Shown in pieces: positions 20,178 to 29,511 of a DNA stretch of 64,000 nucleotides. The notes beneath the pieces are model-generated. The model had not been told where the DNA came from. It ran no database searches and worked only from the letters and a program-made list of their open reading frames with translations. The first letter of the stretch is position 1. Each line of letters starts with the position of its first letter. The position numbers were made by a program, and so were the translations under genes. Source of the DNA: Acidobacteriota bacterium (lineage in GTDB: Bacteria > Acidobacteriota > Thermoanaerobaculia > Multivoradales > UBA5704); contig JBDTZG010000004.1 of the NCBI GenBank assembly GCA_040005235.1, positions 150,392 through 214,391 on the forward strand, in the 5' to 3' direction.

Positions 20178-22982
20178 CTATTCCAGGCGCGCGCGGATGT
20201 CGGCGGCTTCCTCCGAACGGCCTGCGGCTTCGAGCATTTCGGCGAGCTGGTCCATCCTAGATTTGACGATGGCTTCTCCTCGCTGCTCTCCCACCCGGCG
20301 GAATAATTCCAGGGCGGTTCGGTAGTGTTCGCGCGCAGCGTCGAAGTCAAGGGAGTCAAGAGCGATATTGCCCAAGGTTGTTCGGCTATGAGCTTCTCCA
20401 AGCGGCTCGACGAGTTGATGGGAAATGGCGACCTGGCTCGTGAGAAGCTCAACTGCCCGGCGGTTCTCGCCGAGTTCGTACGAGGCGCCGCCGAGGATGG
20501 CGAGCGCCAACGCTTCGCCTTGCCGGTCGCCGACGGCCCGGAAATATTGGAGTGCATGCTCTGAAGTCTCGGTTGCGCCTTTTCCATCGCCTGAGAGTGC
20601 ATAGATGGCACCAAGGAAATTGAGGGTACCTGCCTCTCCGCGCCGGTCGCCGACCTCTCGGAACAGTTCGAGTGCTTCGCGCAGTAAATCGACCGAGCGC
20701 TCCGTCTCGCCGAGTTGGTGGTAGAATTTGGCGAGGTGGGTGAGTGCGACTGCTTCGCCCCGTCGGTCGTTAGCGTCGCGGGTGAGGGCGAGCAGCTGCT
20801 CGGATAGTTCGATCGCCTTCTCAGGTGCCCCGATGGCCGAGTAAGCCATTCCGAGGTGACTGATGGCGTCGCTTTCTCTGCGGTGATCGCCGATTTCTCG
20901 GGCGATGCTGAGGTATTGCTCGTAGTGTTCGATCGCGCGCCGGGTTTCGCCGAGGTCTTCGTAGGCCCGGCCCATATTCCGTTGGGCGTCTCCCTCACCC
21001 TGTCGATCATCCGTCTCGCGAGAGATTCGCAATGCTTTTTCATAGAGCTCAATCGCTTGCTGGACCTCGCCCGTCGCCGTAAGGGCAAGTCCCAGATTCC
21101 GGAGGAAATATCCCTCCAGGCCTGGCCTGTGTACCCGACGAGTACCCGCCAGGCCTTGCTCAAGCCACCGGATCAACTCGCGAGGCAAAAGTCGAAGTGG
21201 AAGAAGCTGCCGTCCCGCGACCGGGTATTCGCTCGCCAGGCGCGAAGCTTCCTCCCGCACTTCGAAGTTTGCTGCCGCCCACGCTTGCCCTGCGCGGATC
21301 TGGTGGGCCTCAAGGTCGAACAGTGCGAGGCCCTCTTTGATGTCTTTCTGATGGAGGTAACTCGCCTGTCGGAGCACCTCACAAAAATACGCCGCGTGTC
21401 GAAGTCCGACGAGCGATCTTTCTTCGCTGGCCAAGGGTGACCAAACGGCCGAACACAATGAAGGATGTAGCTCAAATCTCCCCTTTCGCTCTTCGAGAAG
21501 GCCGCTGCGAACGAGAGAACCCAGGTCATTTCCTACCTCCTCCAGTTCTTCGTGAGTTAGCCCCCAAATCGCCGCAGCCGCAGGGGCGTCGAAATTTCCC
21601 GCGAAAACGCCGAGCTGTCGAAAGCGCTTCTGTAGCTCGACAGGGAGAGCCTTGAGGCTGAAAGTGACAAAGAAGAGGGTGTTTTCATACTTTGTGGGGG
21701 CCGGCTTTCTACCTTCATTCAGACCACGGATGAGCTCTTTTGGAGTGAGGTCAGGTCGTGAAGCCAGGGCGCCTGCGGCTAAGCGGAGCGTAAGGGGTAG
21801 GTGGCCGCAAAGGCGCGCGACCTCCGCTGCTTGGTCGCCGATCATTGGGGCGATTTGGCGTAATAGGGCAATAGCCTCGACTTCGCTCAGCGCGCCCAGT
21901 TGCAGTACCTGGATTGGTACCCGCCTCGGTCGTGATGATCTCGAGATCACGACGACAGAAGCACTCGGGCCGGGAATGAGCCAGTCGATGGATTCTCCAT
22001 CTTCGACATCGTCGAATATGAAAAGCCTCGGTGAACGTTCAGTTGCAGAGCGGAACAGCTTCGCGAGATCTTCCAGATTTGGTGGAGCGGCCCAAAATGG
22101 CAGGAGGTCGCTGAGAATTCCTGTTAATGCCGCCGCCACTCGGTCCTTTGGGTCGCCTGGAAGGTTGGCAAAGGGAACCCACCACACACCCTCAGAGTAG
22201 CGGGAGGCCACGGTCGGCAACACTGCCCGCATTAGGGAAGTCTTGCCGATTCCTCCCGGCCCTCTAATGAGGAGACGAGCACCGCGTTCCAAGAGGACAG
22301 CCGTCAGCTGTCGGATCTCGCTCGTACGCCCGACGAGCTTGCCTGCAAGGGACTCGCTGGCGGTTCCTGGATCCATTCGCCAAATGGAACCCCGATGTGA
22401 TTTTTCGAGGTCCTGCCCAAGGCGTAGATCCAGCGGAATGTCTCGCCGCGAACTTTCCGGCCTTGCCCCCGGCCCGAACCGGAAGACCGCATGGTGAATG
22501 CTCCAGAAATCCGGCGCTTGCCTACGGAAGACCTTCCAATCGAAAGGGTGCAGGCCGAGAAGGAACGGGGCATCCGCGCGCTTGGCGATCACATCGCGTT
22601 TCTGGTTGAGCAGAAGGAAGAGATGTCCGAGTTCGGATTCTTCGGCTTTCGTCCGTTTTCCGCCCGGGAACCAGAACCAACACGGCCTCGGGGCCTGCTC
22701 CACCTCGTCGAGGATCGCCGTGACCAGATGCTTTCCGGCGGGAGGGTTCGACAGGTCGAACCCTCGCAGATTCACGCCGTTCTCTTTGGCAAACTGCTCG
22801 AGGAGGCTTCCCAGCAGTTCCTCCGCCGCCACGTCCTCCGTCGCAACCGCCAAGAACTCGAAGCCATCTGCCAGGTCCAACACGGCCCGAAGGCGATCCC
22901 ACTCGGGTTGGTTTCGGGCTTCCCTGGCCCACGCCTCGCCGTGATCCGCAGCGCGCCCGTTTGCGGGTTGTGTCAGGGGCAC
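20178..22982 (-). CDS. NLR-like STAND protein: degenerate P-loop-like N-terminal domain + NB-ARC + TPR repeats
   Basis: Walker A GPGGIGKT, Walker B LFIFDDVE, HLPL (GLPL), ELHP (MHD-like), ~7 TPRs with GDRRGEA-type motifs; N-terminal LNQKRD...APDFWS; GTG 22982 overlaps the upstream stop. Confidence 0.85.
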   Translation of the reverse strand: MPLTQPANGRAADHGEAWAREARNQPEWDRLRAVLDLADGFEFLAVATEDVAAEELLGSLLEQFAKENGVNLRGFDLSNPPAGKHLVTAILDEVEQAPRPCWFWFPGGKRTKAEESELGHLFLLLNQKRDVIAKRADAPFLLGLHPFDWKVFRRQAPDFWSIHHAVFRFGPGARPESSRRDIPLDLRLGQDLEKSHRGSIWRMDPGTASESLAGKLVGRTSEIRQLTAVLLERGARLLIRGPGGIGKTSLMRAVLPTVASRYSEGVWWVPFANLPGDPKDRVAAALTGILSDLLPFWAAPPNLEDLAKLFRSATERSPRLFIFDDVEDGESIDWLIPGPSASVVVISRSSRPRRVPIQVLQLGALSEVEAIALLRQIAPMIGDQAAEVARLCGHLPLTLRLAAGALASRPDLTPKELIRGLNEGRKPAPTKYENTLFFVTFSLKALPVELQKRFRQLGVFAGNFDAPAAAAIWGLTHEELEEVGNDLGSLVRSGLLEERKGRFELHPSLCSAVWSPLASEERSLVGLRHAAYFCEVLRQASYLHQKDIKEGLALFDLEAHQIRAGQAWAAANFEVREEASRLASEYPVAGRQLLPLRLLPRELIRWLEQGLAGTRRVHRPGLEGYFLRNLGLALTATGEVQQAIELYEKALRISRETDDRQGEGDAQRNMGRAYEDLGETRRAIEHYEQYLSIAREIGDHRRESDAISHLGMAYSAIGAPEKAIELSEQLLALTRDANDRRGEAVALTHLAKFYHQLGETERSVDLLREALELFREVGDRRGEAGTLNFLGAIYALSGDGKGATETSEHALQYFRAVGDRQGEALALAILGGASYELGENRRAVELLTSQVAISHQLVEPLGEAHSRTTLGNIALDSLDFDAAREHYRTALELFRRVGEQRGEAIVKSRMDQLAEMLEAAGRSEEAADIRARLE

Positions 22983-24331
22983 GCCTCGGCCACCTCGTCC
23001 CAGGTTGGGCCTTGGATGCCCAGACGCAGCCAGAGAAGCGGGTGGGCGTCGTACCAATGGATCGCGTTGTGATAGCGAAGCATGAGGTAACCCTGAAGGA
23101 GGGAATCCATCCTCGCCTTGTTGCTTTCGTCGAGAGGAAACGTCCGCGCCTGATGGACCAATTTGAGCAGGCTCTCGTCCGCGGCCTCAATTCCTTCGAG
23201 ATACGTCTGGCGAACCTGGACGATGGACTGGTCGGCCACGTCGCGCGTGATCACGTCCCCATCGACCCGATAGATGCAGTCGATCACCAAGCGGAGCAGG
23301 TCGCGGATGTAGCCGCCGCTATGGACGACGAGCCACGCGGCGACGGCGGGGTCGGAGAAGTATTTGGCGCCGACCCGCTTGAACAGGGCGTCTCGCATCG
23401 CCACGACGCCTTCCACCTGGAGAGTCGGACGACCGTCTTGGCCGTCCTTCCGCTGGAAGATTCGAACCATCGGCAGGAACTGGAGTTCCTGCCCAAACTG
23501 AGCGCCCAGTTCCGGAGCCCTGCGAACCATGAAAGGCGGAACCGTATAGACCACGTGAACGGGAGGGCGAAGCTCCCGGGCATGGGTGAGAAAAGCGCCG
23601 AACCAATGATTCCGGTACTTCTCGCGCTCCTCGGGGCCGGCGAGGTCGCCCGTCGCCCGCTTTTCGATCCCGTCCAGAATGATGACGAGGGGCCTGCCGG
23701 TCTGTTCCGCCCGCTTCGCGGCTTTCCCCAACAGCTCGAAAACCTTCTTTCGAAGACCCTGGACATCGCCCAGTCGCTTGGCGACCTGCTGGAAGAGGGT
23801 AGTGTCGGTCGTCAGATTGGCTTTGACCTTCGCTGTGCCCAAGCCCACCTCGACCCCGGAAGCTTCGATTTCGGAGCCGAGGAGAAGGTTCACTTGCTTG
23901 GCGTACTCCAGTGCCCACTCAGAGAATCCTTGGGGCTGACCCTCGGGGTAGAGGGCGAGGACCAGCGCCAGAAGGATGTCGTGGTGGGTGATGGGCTCGT
24001 CGTCCTGAATCCAGGCACCGGCATCGGCAAGCTCGACCCGGTAGTTCATCCCCTCGAGATCCTTCTTGAGTTGCTTGAGCTCCGTGCTTTTGCCGCTCCC
24101 CGGCAGGCCCGTCACGATCTGCGTGGTGGGCTTGCTCGCCAGGTCAATGACCTCGGCGACCCGCTGGCGCCAGGGTTGGCCTCGGAACTCGACGGGGGAG
24201 TCGAAGTCGTAATGCCTGAGGTCGCCGGGTGGAATCGGTTCGTCGAGCTGGCAACTCTTGAGAAGCTTTCTCTTCGTGTCGTTGTCCAAGATTCCCCCGG
24301 TTTCGAGGCTACGGCGCAGCGCCTCAAACAT
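22973..24331 (-). CDS. P-loop NTPase (AAA+/STAND-like)
   Basis: Walker A GLPGSGKSTEL, Walker B VIILDGIEK, SGGYIRDLLRL, C-terminal WYDAHPLL. Confidence 0.85.
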   Translation of the reverse strand: MFEALRRSLETGGILDNDTKRKLLKSCQLDEPIPPGDLRHYDFDSPVEFRGQPWRQRVAEVIDLASKPTTQIVTGLPGSGKSTELKQLKKDLEGMNYRVELADAGAWIQDDEPITHHDILLALVLALYPEGQPQGFSEWALEYAKQVNLLLGSEIEASGVEVGLGTAKVKANLTTDTTLFQQVAKRLGDVQGLRKKVFELLGKAAKRAEQTGRPLVIILDGIEKRATGDLAGPEEREKYRNHWFGAFLTHARELRPPVHVVYTVPPFMVRRAPELGAQFGQELQFLPMVRIFQRKDGQDGRPTLQVEGVVAMRDALFKRVGAKYFSDPAVAAWLVVHSGGYIRDLLRLVIDCIYRVDGDVITRDVADQSIVQVRQTYLEGIEAADESLLKLVHQARTFPLDESNKARMDSLLQGYLMLRYHNAIHWYDAHPLLWLRLGIQGPTWDEVAEACP

Positions 24332-24421
24332 CCCTATAGGTCAACGCTGATCGTAGCTTAGGTTTCCCCGGGGCGAAAGATTCGAGTGATTCGAGGTCTC
24401 CCGCATATAAGATGCCCCCCT

Positions 24422-24688
24422 ATGGCCTTTCCTGGTGGCAGTGCCTGGTCGCTCGCTCGCGATATTGGGGAGGGCGTGCAGCTGGTCACCGAGCGTACTT
24501 TCAAGAACCTGACGCGGGCGGACCTGGATCAGCTGAATTTCGAGATCGACCGGGCGCTCAGGGATCTGCGCTCGATTGCGATTCCGCTTGAAGACATCCC
24601 GGCCATTCAACAGAAAAACCGCAAGCTCCAACGACTGAACGGCAGCGTGATCCTGCTCCGCGCGTTTCGCCAGAGGCATAAGACCTGA
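24422..24688 (+). CDS. Hypothetical helical protein, 88 aa
   Basis: Codon usage typical of the window; TAAGAT 7 nt before ATG 24422; first gene of a + strand run. Confidence 0.7.
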   Translation: MAFPGGSAWSLARDIGEGVQLVTERTFKNLTRADLDQLNFEIDRALRDLRSIAIPLEDIPAIQQKNRKLQRLNGSVILLRAFRQRHKT

Positions 24689-24691
24689 CCC

Positions 24692-25744
24692 ATGCCGGCC
24701 CGAATCTTTGAAGTCCTCGACACCATCCGACCGGCTCTCACGATCGCTTCGGGCGTTCTCGCCGCGGCCGCTTCTTACTATGTCGAACGCACGTGCGCCC
24801 GGCGGGGGCTGCTGCCGCCCGGATTTCGCGTGTTCTGGCGCCGCTCGCTCGCGTTCATGCTGCTGGCCGCTCTGTTTTGGGTGGCGGTCTTCGGGCCGCT
24901 TGCGCTGATTGGCACCGCTTCGAAGGCGGAGGTCGATTTCAAGCAGGTCAGCACCCTCGATCTGTTCGGGCTGCAGATGCTGCTCGCGTTCACCACGCTC
25001 TCCTGGTTCGGGCTCGGATTTGCGGTGCGCCCGCGCTCCCGGCCGGTTCCTCAGGTCGCCGAAATCTCTGAGATCGCCGAGGTTCCTGAGCTAGCGGAAG
25101 ACATCCTGCCCCAGATTCCGACGGACATCTCGGACGGCCAAGACGAGATCCTGTTCGAAACTCAAAACTTGGAACCCGAACCGGTTCCGGCTTCCGTTCC
25201 GGCCGAAGCGGGGCCGGCGCTCGATCCTCCCGTGCGCCTTTCCCTCGGCCGGCAGTTCGCGGCGCAGCTCGGGTTTCGGGCGCCAAAGCCGTTCGCCGAG
25301 GTCGGCTTCGGGCTGGTGGCCGGGTTTGCGATCTGGTTCGCGGTGCTCGCGGCGATGTTCCTGGTCGCGGTGGTCGTGGCGAGCCTCGGGGGCGAACGCT
25401 TCCTGCCGACGCAGGCTCCGGCGATGATCCCTTGGATGGCCGGCCTGCCGCTCATCATCCGTCTCCTGCTCAGCCTTTCGGCCGGGTTCGTCGAAGAGAC
25501 CTTCTTCCGCGGCCTGCTCCAGCCGCGGGTGGGAATCGCGTTCTCCACCGCCTGCTTCGTGCTCGCCCACGCCGCCTACGGCTCGCCGTTCCTGCTGGTC
25601 GGGGTGACGCTCCTGTCGCTGATCTATGCGTTCCTCGTCCGCTGGCGCCAGAACCTCTGGCCGGCGATCGCCGCCCATGCCCTGTTCGACGGGATTCAGC
25701 TGCTGGTGGTGATCCCCGCCGCCTTGCGGTTCATGAAGCCCTGA
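24692..25744 (+). CDS. CPBP family (CAAX/Abi) intramembrane metalloprotease
   Basis: EETFFRG, FVLAH, AIAAHALFD; multiple TM helices with an acidic low-complexity loop. Confidence 0.9.
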   Translation: MPARIFEVLDTIRPALTIASGVLAAAASYYVERTCARRGLLPPGFRVFWRRSLAFMLLAALFWVAVFGPLALIGTASKAEVDFKQVSTLDLFGLQMLLAFTTLSWFGLGFAVRPRSRPVPQVAEISEIAEVPELAEDILPQIPTDISDGQDEILFETQNLEPEPVPASVPAEAGPALDPPVRLSLGRQFAAQLGFRAPKPFAEVGFGLVAGFAIWFAVLAAMFLVAVVVASLGGERFLPTQAPAMIPWMAGLPLIIRLLLSLSAGFVEETFFRGLLQPRVGIAFSTACFVLAHAAYGSPFLLVGVTLLSLIYAFLVRWRQNLWPAIAAHALFDGIQLLVVIPAALRFMKP

Positions 25745-25750
25745 GGCCGG

Positions 25751-25779
25751 GGAACCGAAACGCACGTCCCTCAGTCCTA
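25751..25779 (+). promoter_or_regulatory. Putative ECF (RpoE-type) promoter
   Basis: GGAACCG-N16-GTCCTA matches the GGAAC-N-GTCnnA pattern, just upstream of the anti-sigma gene. Confidence 0.4.
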
Positions 25780-25818
25780 GGAATGAATATGGGTTCTGCT
25801 AGACTGGTCGGCGAAACG

Positions 25819-26295
25819 ATGCCCCTGGAACACCGCTTTCACCTCGGGATCGGCAGCCGGTTCGAGAACATCGAGCTGGTTCAGGTTGTGCTGAAAGATT
25901 CGCTGGAGCGTCTCGGCCTCGACGAGGACGCCCGCCACTGGGTGGACATCGCCGTACGCGAGGCGGTCGCCAATGCGATCAAGCACGGCAACCGCCAGGA
26001 TCCGACGAAACGAGTCGAGGTCGACCTCGGGCTCGACGGCGAGAGTCTGGTCATTCGGGTGGAAGACGAGGGGGAGGGGTTCGAGCCCGGCGAGGTGTCG
26101 AATCCGCTCGCGCCGGAGAATCTGCTCAAGCCTAGCGGCCGCGGCATCTTTTACATGCGCAGCTTCATGGACGAAGTGCAATACGGTCTCCGCCCCGACG
26201 GCGGCACCGTGGTCACCTTAAGAAAACGGCTCCCTGCCGAAGGAGCCGATCGTGAACCGGCGGGATTGGCAGAACAAGGAGAGAAAAGCGAATGA
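25819..26295 (+). CDS. RsbW-like anti-sigma factor / Ser kinase (HATPase_c)
   Basis: EAVANAIKHGN, DEGEGF, LLKPSGRGIFYMRSFMDEV; alternative ATGs at 25783 and 25789. Confidence 0.9.
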   Translation: MPLEHRFHLGIGSRFENIELVQVVLKDSLERLGLDEDARHWVDIAVREAVANAIKHGNRQDPTKRVEVDLGLDGESLVIRVEDEGEGFEPGEVSNPLAPENLLKPSGRGIFYMRSFMDEVQYGLRPDGGTVVTLRKRLPAEGADREPAGLAEQGEKSE

Positions 26296-26630
26296 ACGTT
26301 TCAGCGCGCCAACGCGATGGCGTCACGATTCTGGATCTCAGGGGCAAGCTGACCCTCGGCTCGGGGGAAGCGGCCCTACGCAGCACTCTGCAGGATGCGC
26401 TCAACGCCGGAGCCACGAAAGTGGTGATCAACCTGAAAGAGGTCTCGACCATCGACTCCACCGGAGTCGGCGAGCTGGTGGGTACCTACACCACGGTGAC
26501 CAACCGGGGCGCGAAGCTGAAGCTGGCGACACTGCCGCCGAAGCTTCAGGACATCCTGACCATCACGCAGTTGATCACCGTCTTCGATGTCTACGACACC
26601 GAGGACCTGGCGATCGCTTCGTTCGGGTGA
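26292..26630 (+). CDS. STAS anti-sigma factor antagonist (RsbV/SpoIIAA-like)
   Basis: IDSTGVGELV phosphoacceptor motif, ITQLITVF. Confidence 0.92.
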   Translation: MNVSARQRDGVTILDLRGKLTLGSGEAALRSTLQDALNAGATKVVINLKEVSTIDSTGVGELVGTYTTVTNRGAKLKLATLPPKLQDILTITQLITVFDVYDTEDLAIASFG

Positions 26631-26637
26631 CGTTCCG

Positions 26638-26672
26638 GCCGGCGTCGCGGGAAGCGGCGCCGGCAGATTTCT
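26638..26672 (+). terminator. Possible intrinsic terminator hairpin
   Basis: GCCGGCGTCGC-gggaa-GCGGCGCCGGC followed by a weak T-run. Confidence 0.45.
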
Positions 26673-26709
26673 CCTTCCTTTCGCGGTCTTACCCTTCGAG
26701 CCGCCGAAC

Positions 26710-27648
26710 ATGACACCCGTTCCCGATCGCGGACCGGTGCCTCCCTCGCCGTCGCTTTCCGCCGCCCTGCTCGACCTCGGCCGCCGCGTCGAGCTGCGCC
26801 TGCCGGAGCTGCTGCCGCCCGCCGATCAGCGGCCCGAAGCGGTGCATCAGGCGATGCGCTACGCCCTCACCAGCCCGGGCAAGCGGCTGCGGCCGATCTT
26901 GACTCTCGCGGTCGCCGATCTGTTCGGCGTCGGACTGCGCTCCGACCGCTCGACGCGGGTGCTCGACATCGCCTGCGGCATCGAGATGGTCCACGCCTGC
27001 TCGCTGATCCTGGACGACCTGCCGGCGATGGACGACGCGGCCCTGCGCCGGGGCCGGCCGACGGTCCATCGGGCATTCGGCGAGGCGGTCGCCCTGCTCG
27101 CCGCACTCGCGCTGCTCAACCGCGCCTATGCCCTGGTGGCGGAGGCCGCGCACCACCTGCCGGGGAAGCGCTATACGTCCGAGGACATGATCCACCACCT
27201 GGCGGCGGCGATCGGCAGCGCCGGCCTGATCGGCGGCCAGGCGCTCGACCTGTCGAGCCAGCCTGAGGAGCTGGACCTCGAACGGCTGGAATTCATCCAC
27301 AGCCACAAGACCGGCGCGCTGTTCATGGCGGCCGGAGAGCTGGGCGCCATGGCCGCGGACGCCAAGCGCAACGAGCTGGAGCTGATCGCCCGCTACGCCA
27401 AGAACCTGGGGTTGGCGTTCCAGATCTCGGACGATCTGCTCGACGTCCTCTCCACCGCGGAAGAAGCGGGCAAAGACGTCGGCCAGGACGCGGGCAAGGT
27501 GACCTTCGTCAAGCGGTTGGGAGTGGCTGGCGCGCAGACGCTCGAAGCCGAGCTGCTGGGATTCGCGGTCGCGTCGCTCGAACCGCTGGGGAAGAAGGCG
27601 GAGCCGCTGCGGGAGATCGCGCGGTTCGTACAGCACCGGCGGCGGTAG
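26710..27648 (+). CDS. Polyprenyl (geranyl/farnesyl/geranylgeranyl) diphosphate synthase
   Basis: GKRLRP, LILDDLPAMDDAALRRG, GGQALD, KTGAL, FQISDDLLD. Confidence 0.93.
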   Translation: MTPVPDRGPVPPSPSLSAALLDLGRRVELRLPELLPPADQRPEAVHQAMRYALTSPGKRLRPILTLAVADLFGVGLRSDRSTRVLDIACGIEMVHACSLILDDLPAMDDAALRRGRPTVHRAFGEAVALLAALALLNRAYALVAEAAHHLPGKRYTSEDMIHHLAAAIGSAGLIGGQALDLSSQPEELDLERLEFIHSHKTGALFMAAGELGAMAADAKRNELELIARYAKNLGLAFQISDDLLDVLSTAEEAGKDVGQDAGKVTFVKRLGVAGAQTLEAELLGFAVASLEPLGKKAEPLREIARFVQHRRR

Positions 27649-27666
27649 GCGGTTAAACTCCGCCGG

Positions 27667-29493
27667 ATGGCGGAAATCCCCGCGGGCGAGACGGACGATC
27701 TGGAGCGGGTCCGTGAGGAGCTGCGGCAACGCGGCTATCTCTCCCATGGGTTCGAGCGGTTCCTGCTCCAGGACGCCTTGCGCCCGCGCCGTCCTTTGCG
27801 GGCGTTGGCGATCCTCGCGGGGAAAGTCGGCCTGCGAACCGGGCTGGTCCTTTCGCCGCCTTTGGCGTTTTGGCTCGCGGCGGCGAACGGCGCTCTCACC
27901 ACCCATCCCTTCGATGCCGCGGTCCTCTTCCTTCATCTGTTCGCGCCGATCGCGCTCGCCGCGGCGTTCGCGTTCCTGCTGGTCGGCGCGGCGACGGCCT
28001 GGCTGGTTCGGGTCTCCCACGTCCGACGGATCGAGGCGTTCACGTTCGGCGCCGCGGCGGCGGTGGGGGTGGCGACCCTGGCGCTCGCGCTCTGGCGCGC
28101 CGAAGAACTGGTCGCCGCGAGCGGCGCCTGGCAGATCGCGGTGCTGGCGATCGCGGCGCCGTTCGTTCTCTATGCCCTGGTCAAGACCGTCCATCACGGC
28201 CTGTTGACCCTGGCGATCCGGCTGGCCGACGAACCGTCGGAGGCCTGGTCGCTTTCGCGCGGCTGGCTCGCGTTCGTCCTCGCCGCCGCCGCGCTCGTGG
28301 TGCTGCTTCCCGCCCTGCTCGCCGCGCGGCAACCGGCGGCGGATGCTCCCGGATCGCTTCCGATGGCGCCGGGCGGCCGGGTGCTCGCGATCGGCATCGA
28401 TGGAGTGCTGGGTCCCGAGCTCGACTACCTGCTCGCCCGCGGCGAGCTGCCCGCGCTCGGCGCGCTCGCGAAGTCCGGCGCGGTGTTCTCGTACCCCCGG
28501 GGGGCGGAACCGCCCGCCTCGTTCTGGACCCGGGTCGCCACCGGCCGGCCCTCTCCCGAGCACGGCGTGGCCGCGCTCGACGGGTTTCGCCCGCTGGGAT
28601 GCAAGACGACCCTCATGCGCAGCGGGCCGCTACGGCCCTATTGGCGCTCGATCGAGGTTCCGCTCGGCCTCTCCGAGCACCGGCCGCTGCTCGCCGGGCG
28701 CCGCTCGGCGTTCGCGTTTTGGGAGCTGGCGGCGCGCGGCGGCGAGCCGGCCCTGGCGGTCGATTGGTGGGCGACGTTTCCGGCGGCGGCGGTTCCCGGC
28801 CGCATCCTCGCCCATGGCGGCTACCAGCTGCTCGGCGAGCGGGCGAAAGGCGCCGTGGCGCCCGCGGCCGATGCGCCCGGTCTTGGCCAACTCGCCCGCG
28901 CCGCGGCATTAGAGGGTCCGCCGCCGGAGCTGGCGAAAATTCTTTCGCGCCCGGCGCTCGCCCGGCTGGATGCCCGCGCGCTCGCGCCCGATCGGTTCTA
29001 TCGCGTGGCGTTCCTCGCCGGTCTTGCGCTCCGGCCCAAAGCCGCGGCGCTCTATCTCGCCGCGCTCGACATCGCGGCCGACGGCTGGCCGGCCGGGTCG
29101 CTCGCGTTCGGCGACCGGGTGCGCGCCGAGCTGTTCGCGGCGGATCGCTTGATCGAGAGCGCGCGGCCCGGGTTCGACACCGTCGCGATCGTCGTCGATC
29201 CCGGCCGCCGGGGAGGCACCGAGGGGCGCATCGTCCTCTGGCGCGCGGCCGGTTGCCGCGGCAATGGGACGGGACGCCCCCTCGAATCTCTCGCCCCCGA
29301 AGCCCTCGCCTCCGGCCTGATGCGCGCGCTCGGCCTGCCCCAAAGCGCCGAGCTGCCCGCGCCTCCCGCGGTCTGCACCTGGCCCGCGCCGCCGGGCCGG
29401 GTCGCCACCTACGGCGTGCCCTCCACGTCCGCCGCCGCGGCGCGCGAGAGCGTTGAATATCTCGAAAACCTCCGTTCGTTGGGTTACTTGTGA
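27667..29493 (+). CDS. Multi-TM membrane protein with alkaline-phosphatase-superfamily (phosphodiesterase-like) domain
   Basis: About 6 TM helices, then IGIDG, FWTRVATG..PEHGV, VDWWATFPA, C-terminal ENLRSLGYL. Confidence 0.72.
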   Translation: MAEIPAGETDDLERVREELRQRGYLSHGFERFLLQDALRPRRPLRALAILAGKVGLRTGLVLSPPLAFWLAAANGALTTHPFDAAVLFLHLFAPIALAAAFAFLLVGAATAWLVRVSHVRRIEAFTFGAAAAVGVATLALALWRAEELVAASGAWQIAVLAIAAPFVLYALVKTVHHGLLTLAIRLADEPSEAWSLSRGWLAFVLAAAALVVLLPALLAARQPAADAPGSLPMAPGGRVLAIGIDGVLGPELDYLLARGELPALGALAKSGAVFSYPRGAEPPASFWTRVATGRPSPEHGVAALDGFRPLGCKTTLMRSGPLRPYWRSIEVPLGLSEHRPLLAGRRSAFAFWELAARGGEPALAVDWWATFPAAAVPGRILAHGGYQLLGERAKGAVAPAADAPGLGQLARAAALEGPPPELAKILSRPALARLDARALAPDRFYRVAFLAGLALRPKAAALYLAALDIAADGWPAGSLAFGDRVRAELFAADRLIESARPGFDTVAIVVDPGRRGGTEGRIVLWRAAGCRGNGTGRPLESLAPEALASGLMRALGLPQSAELPAPPAVCTWPAPPGRVATYGVPSTSAAAARESVEYLENLRSLGYL

Positions 29494-29511
29494 CGTCTAT
29501 AGGAGATTCTG

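Noticed and set aside
19366-20325. Several short ORFs across the repeat region
   Set aside because: They overlap palindromic repeats, lack RBS or motifs, and the repeat-phase frame has an internal stop
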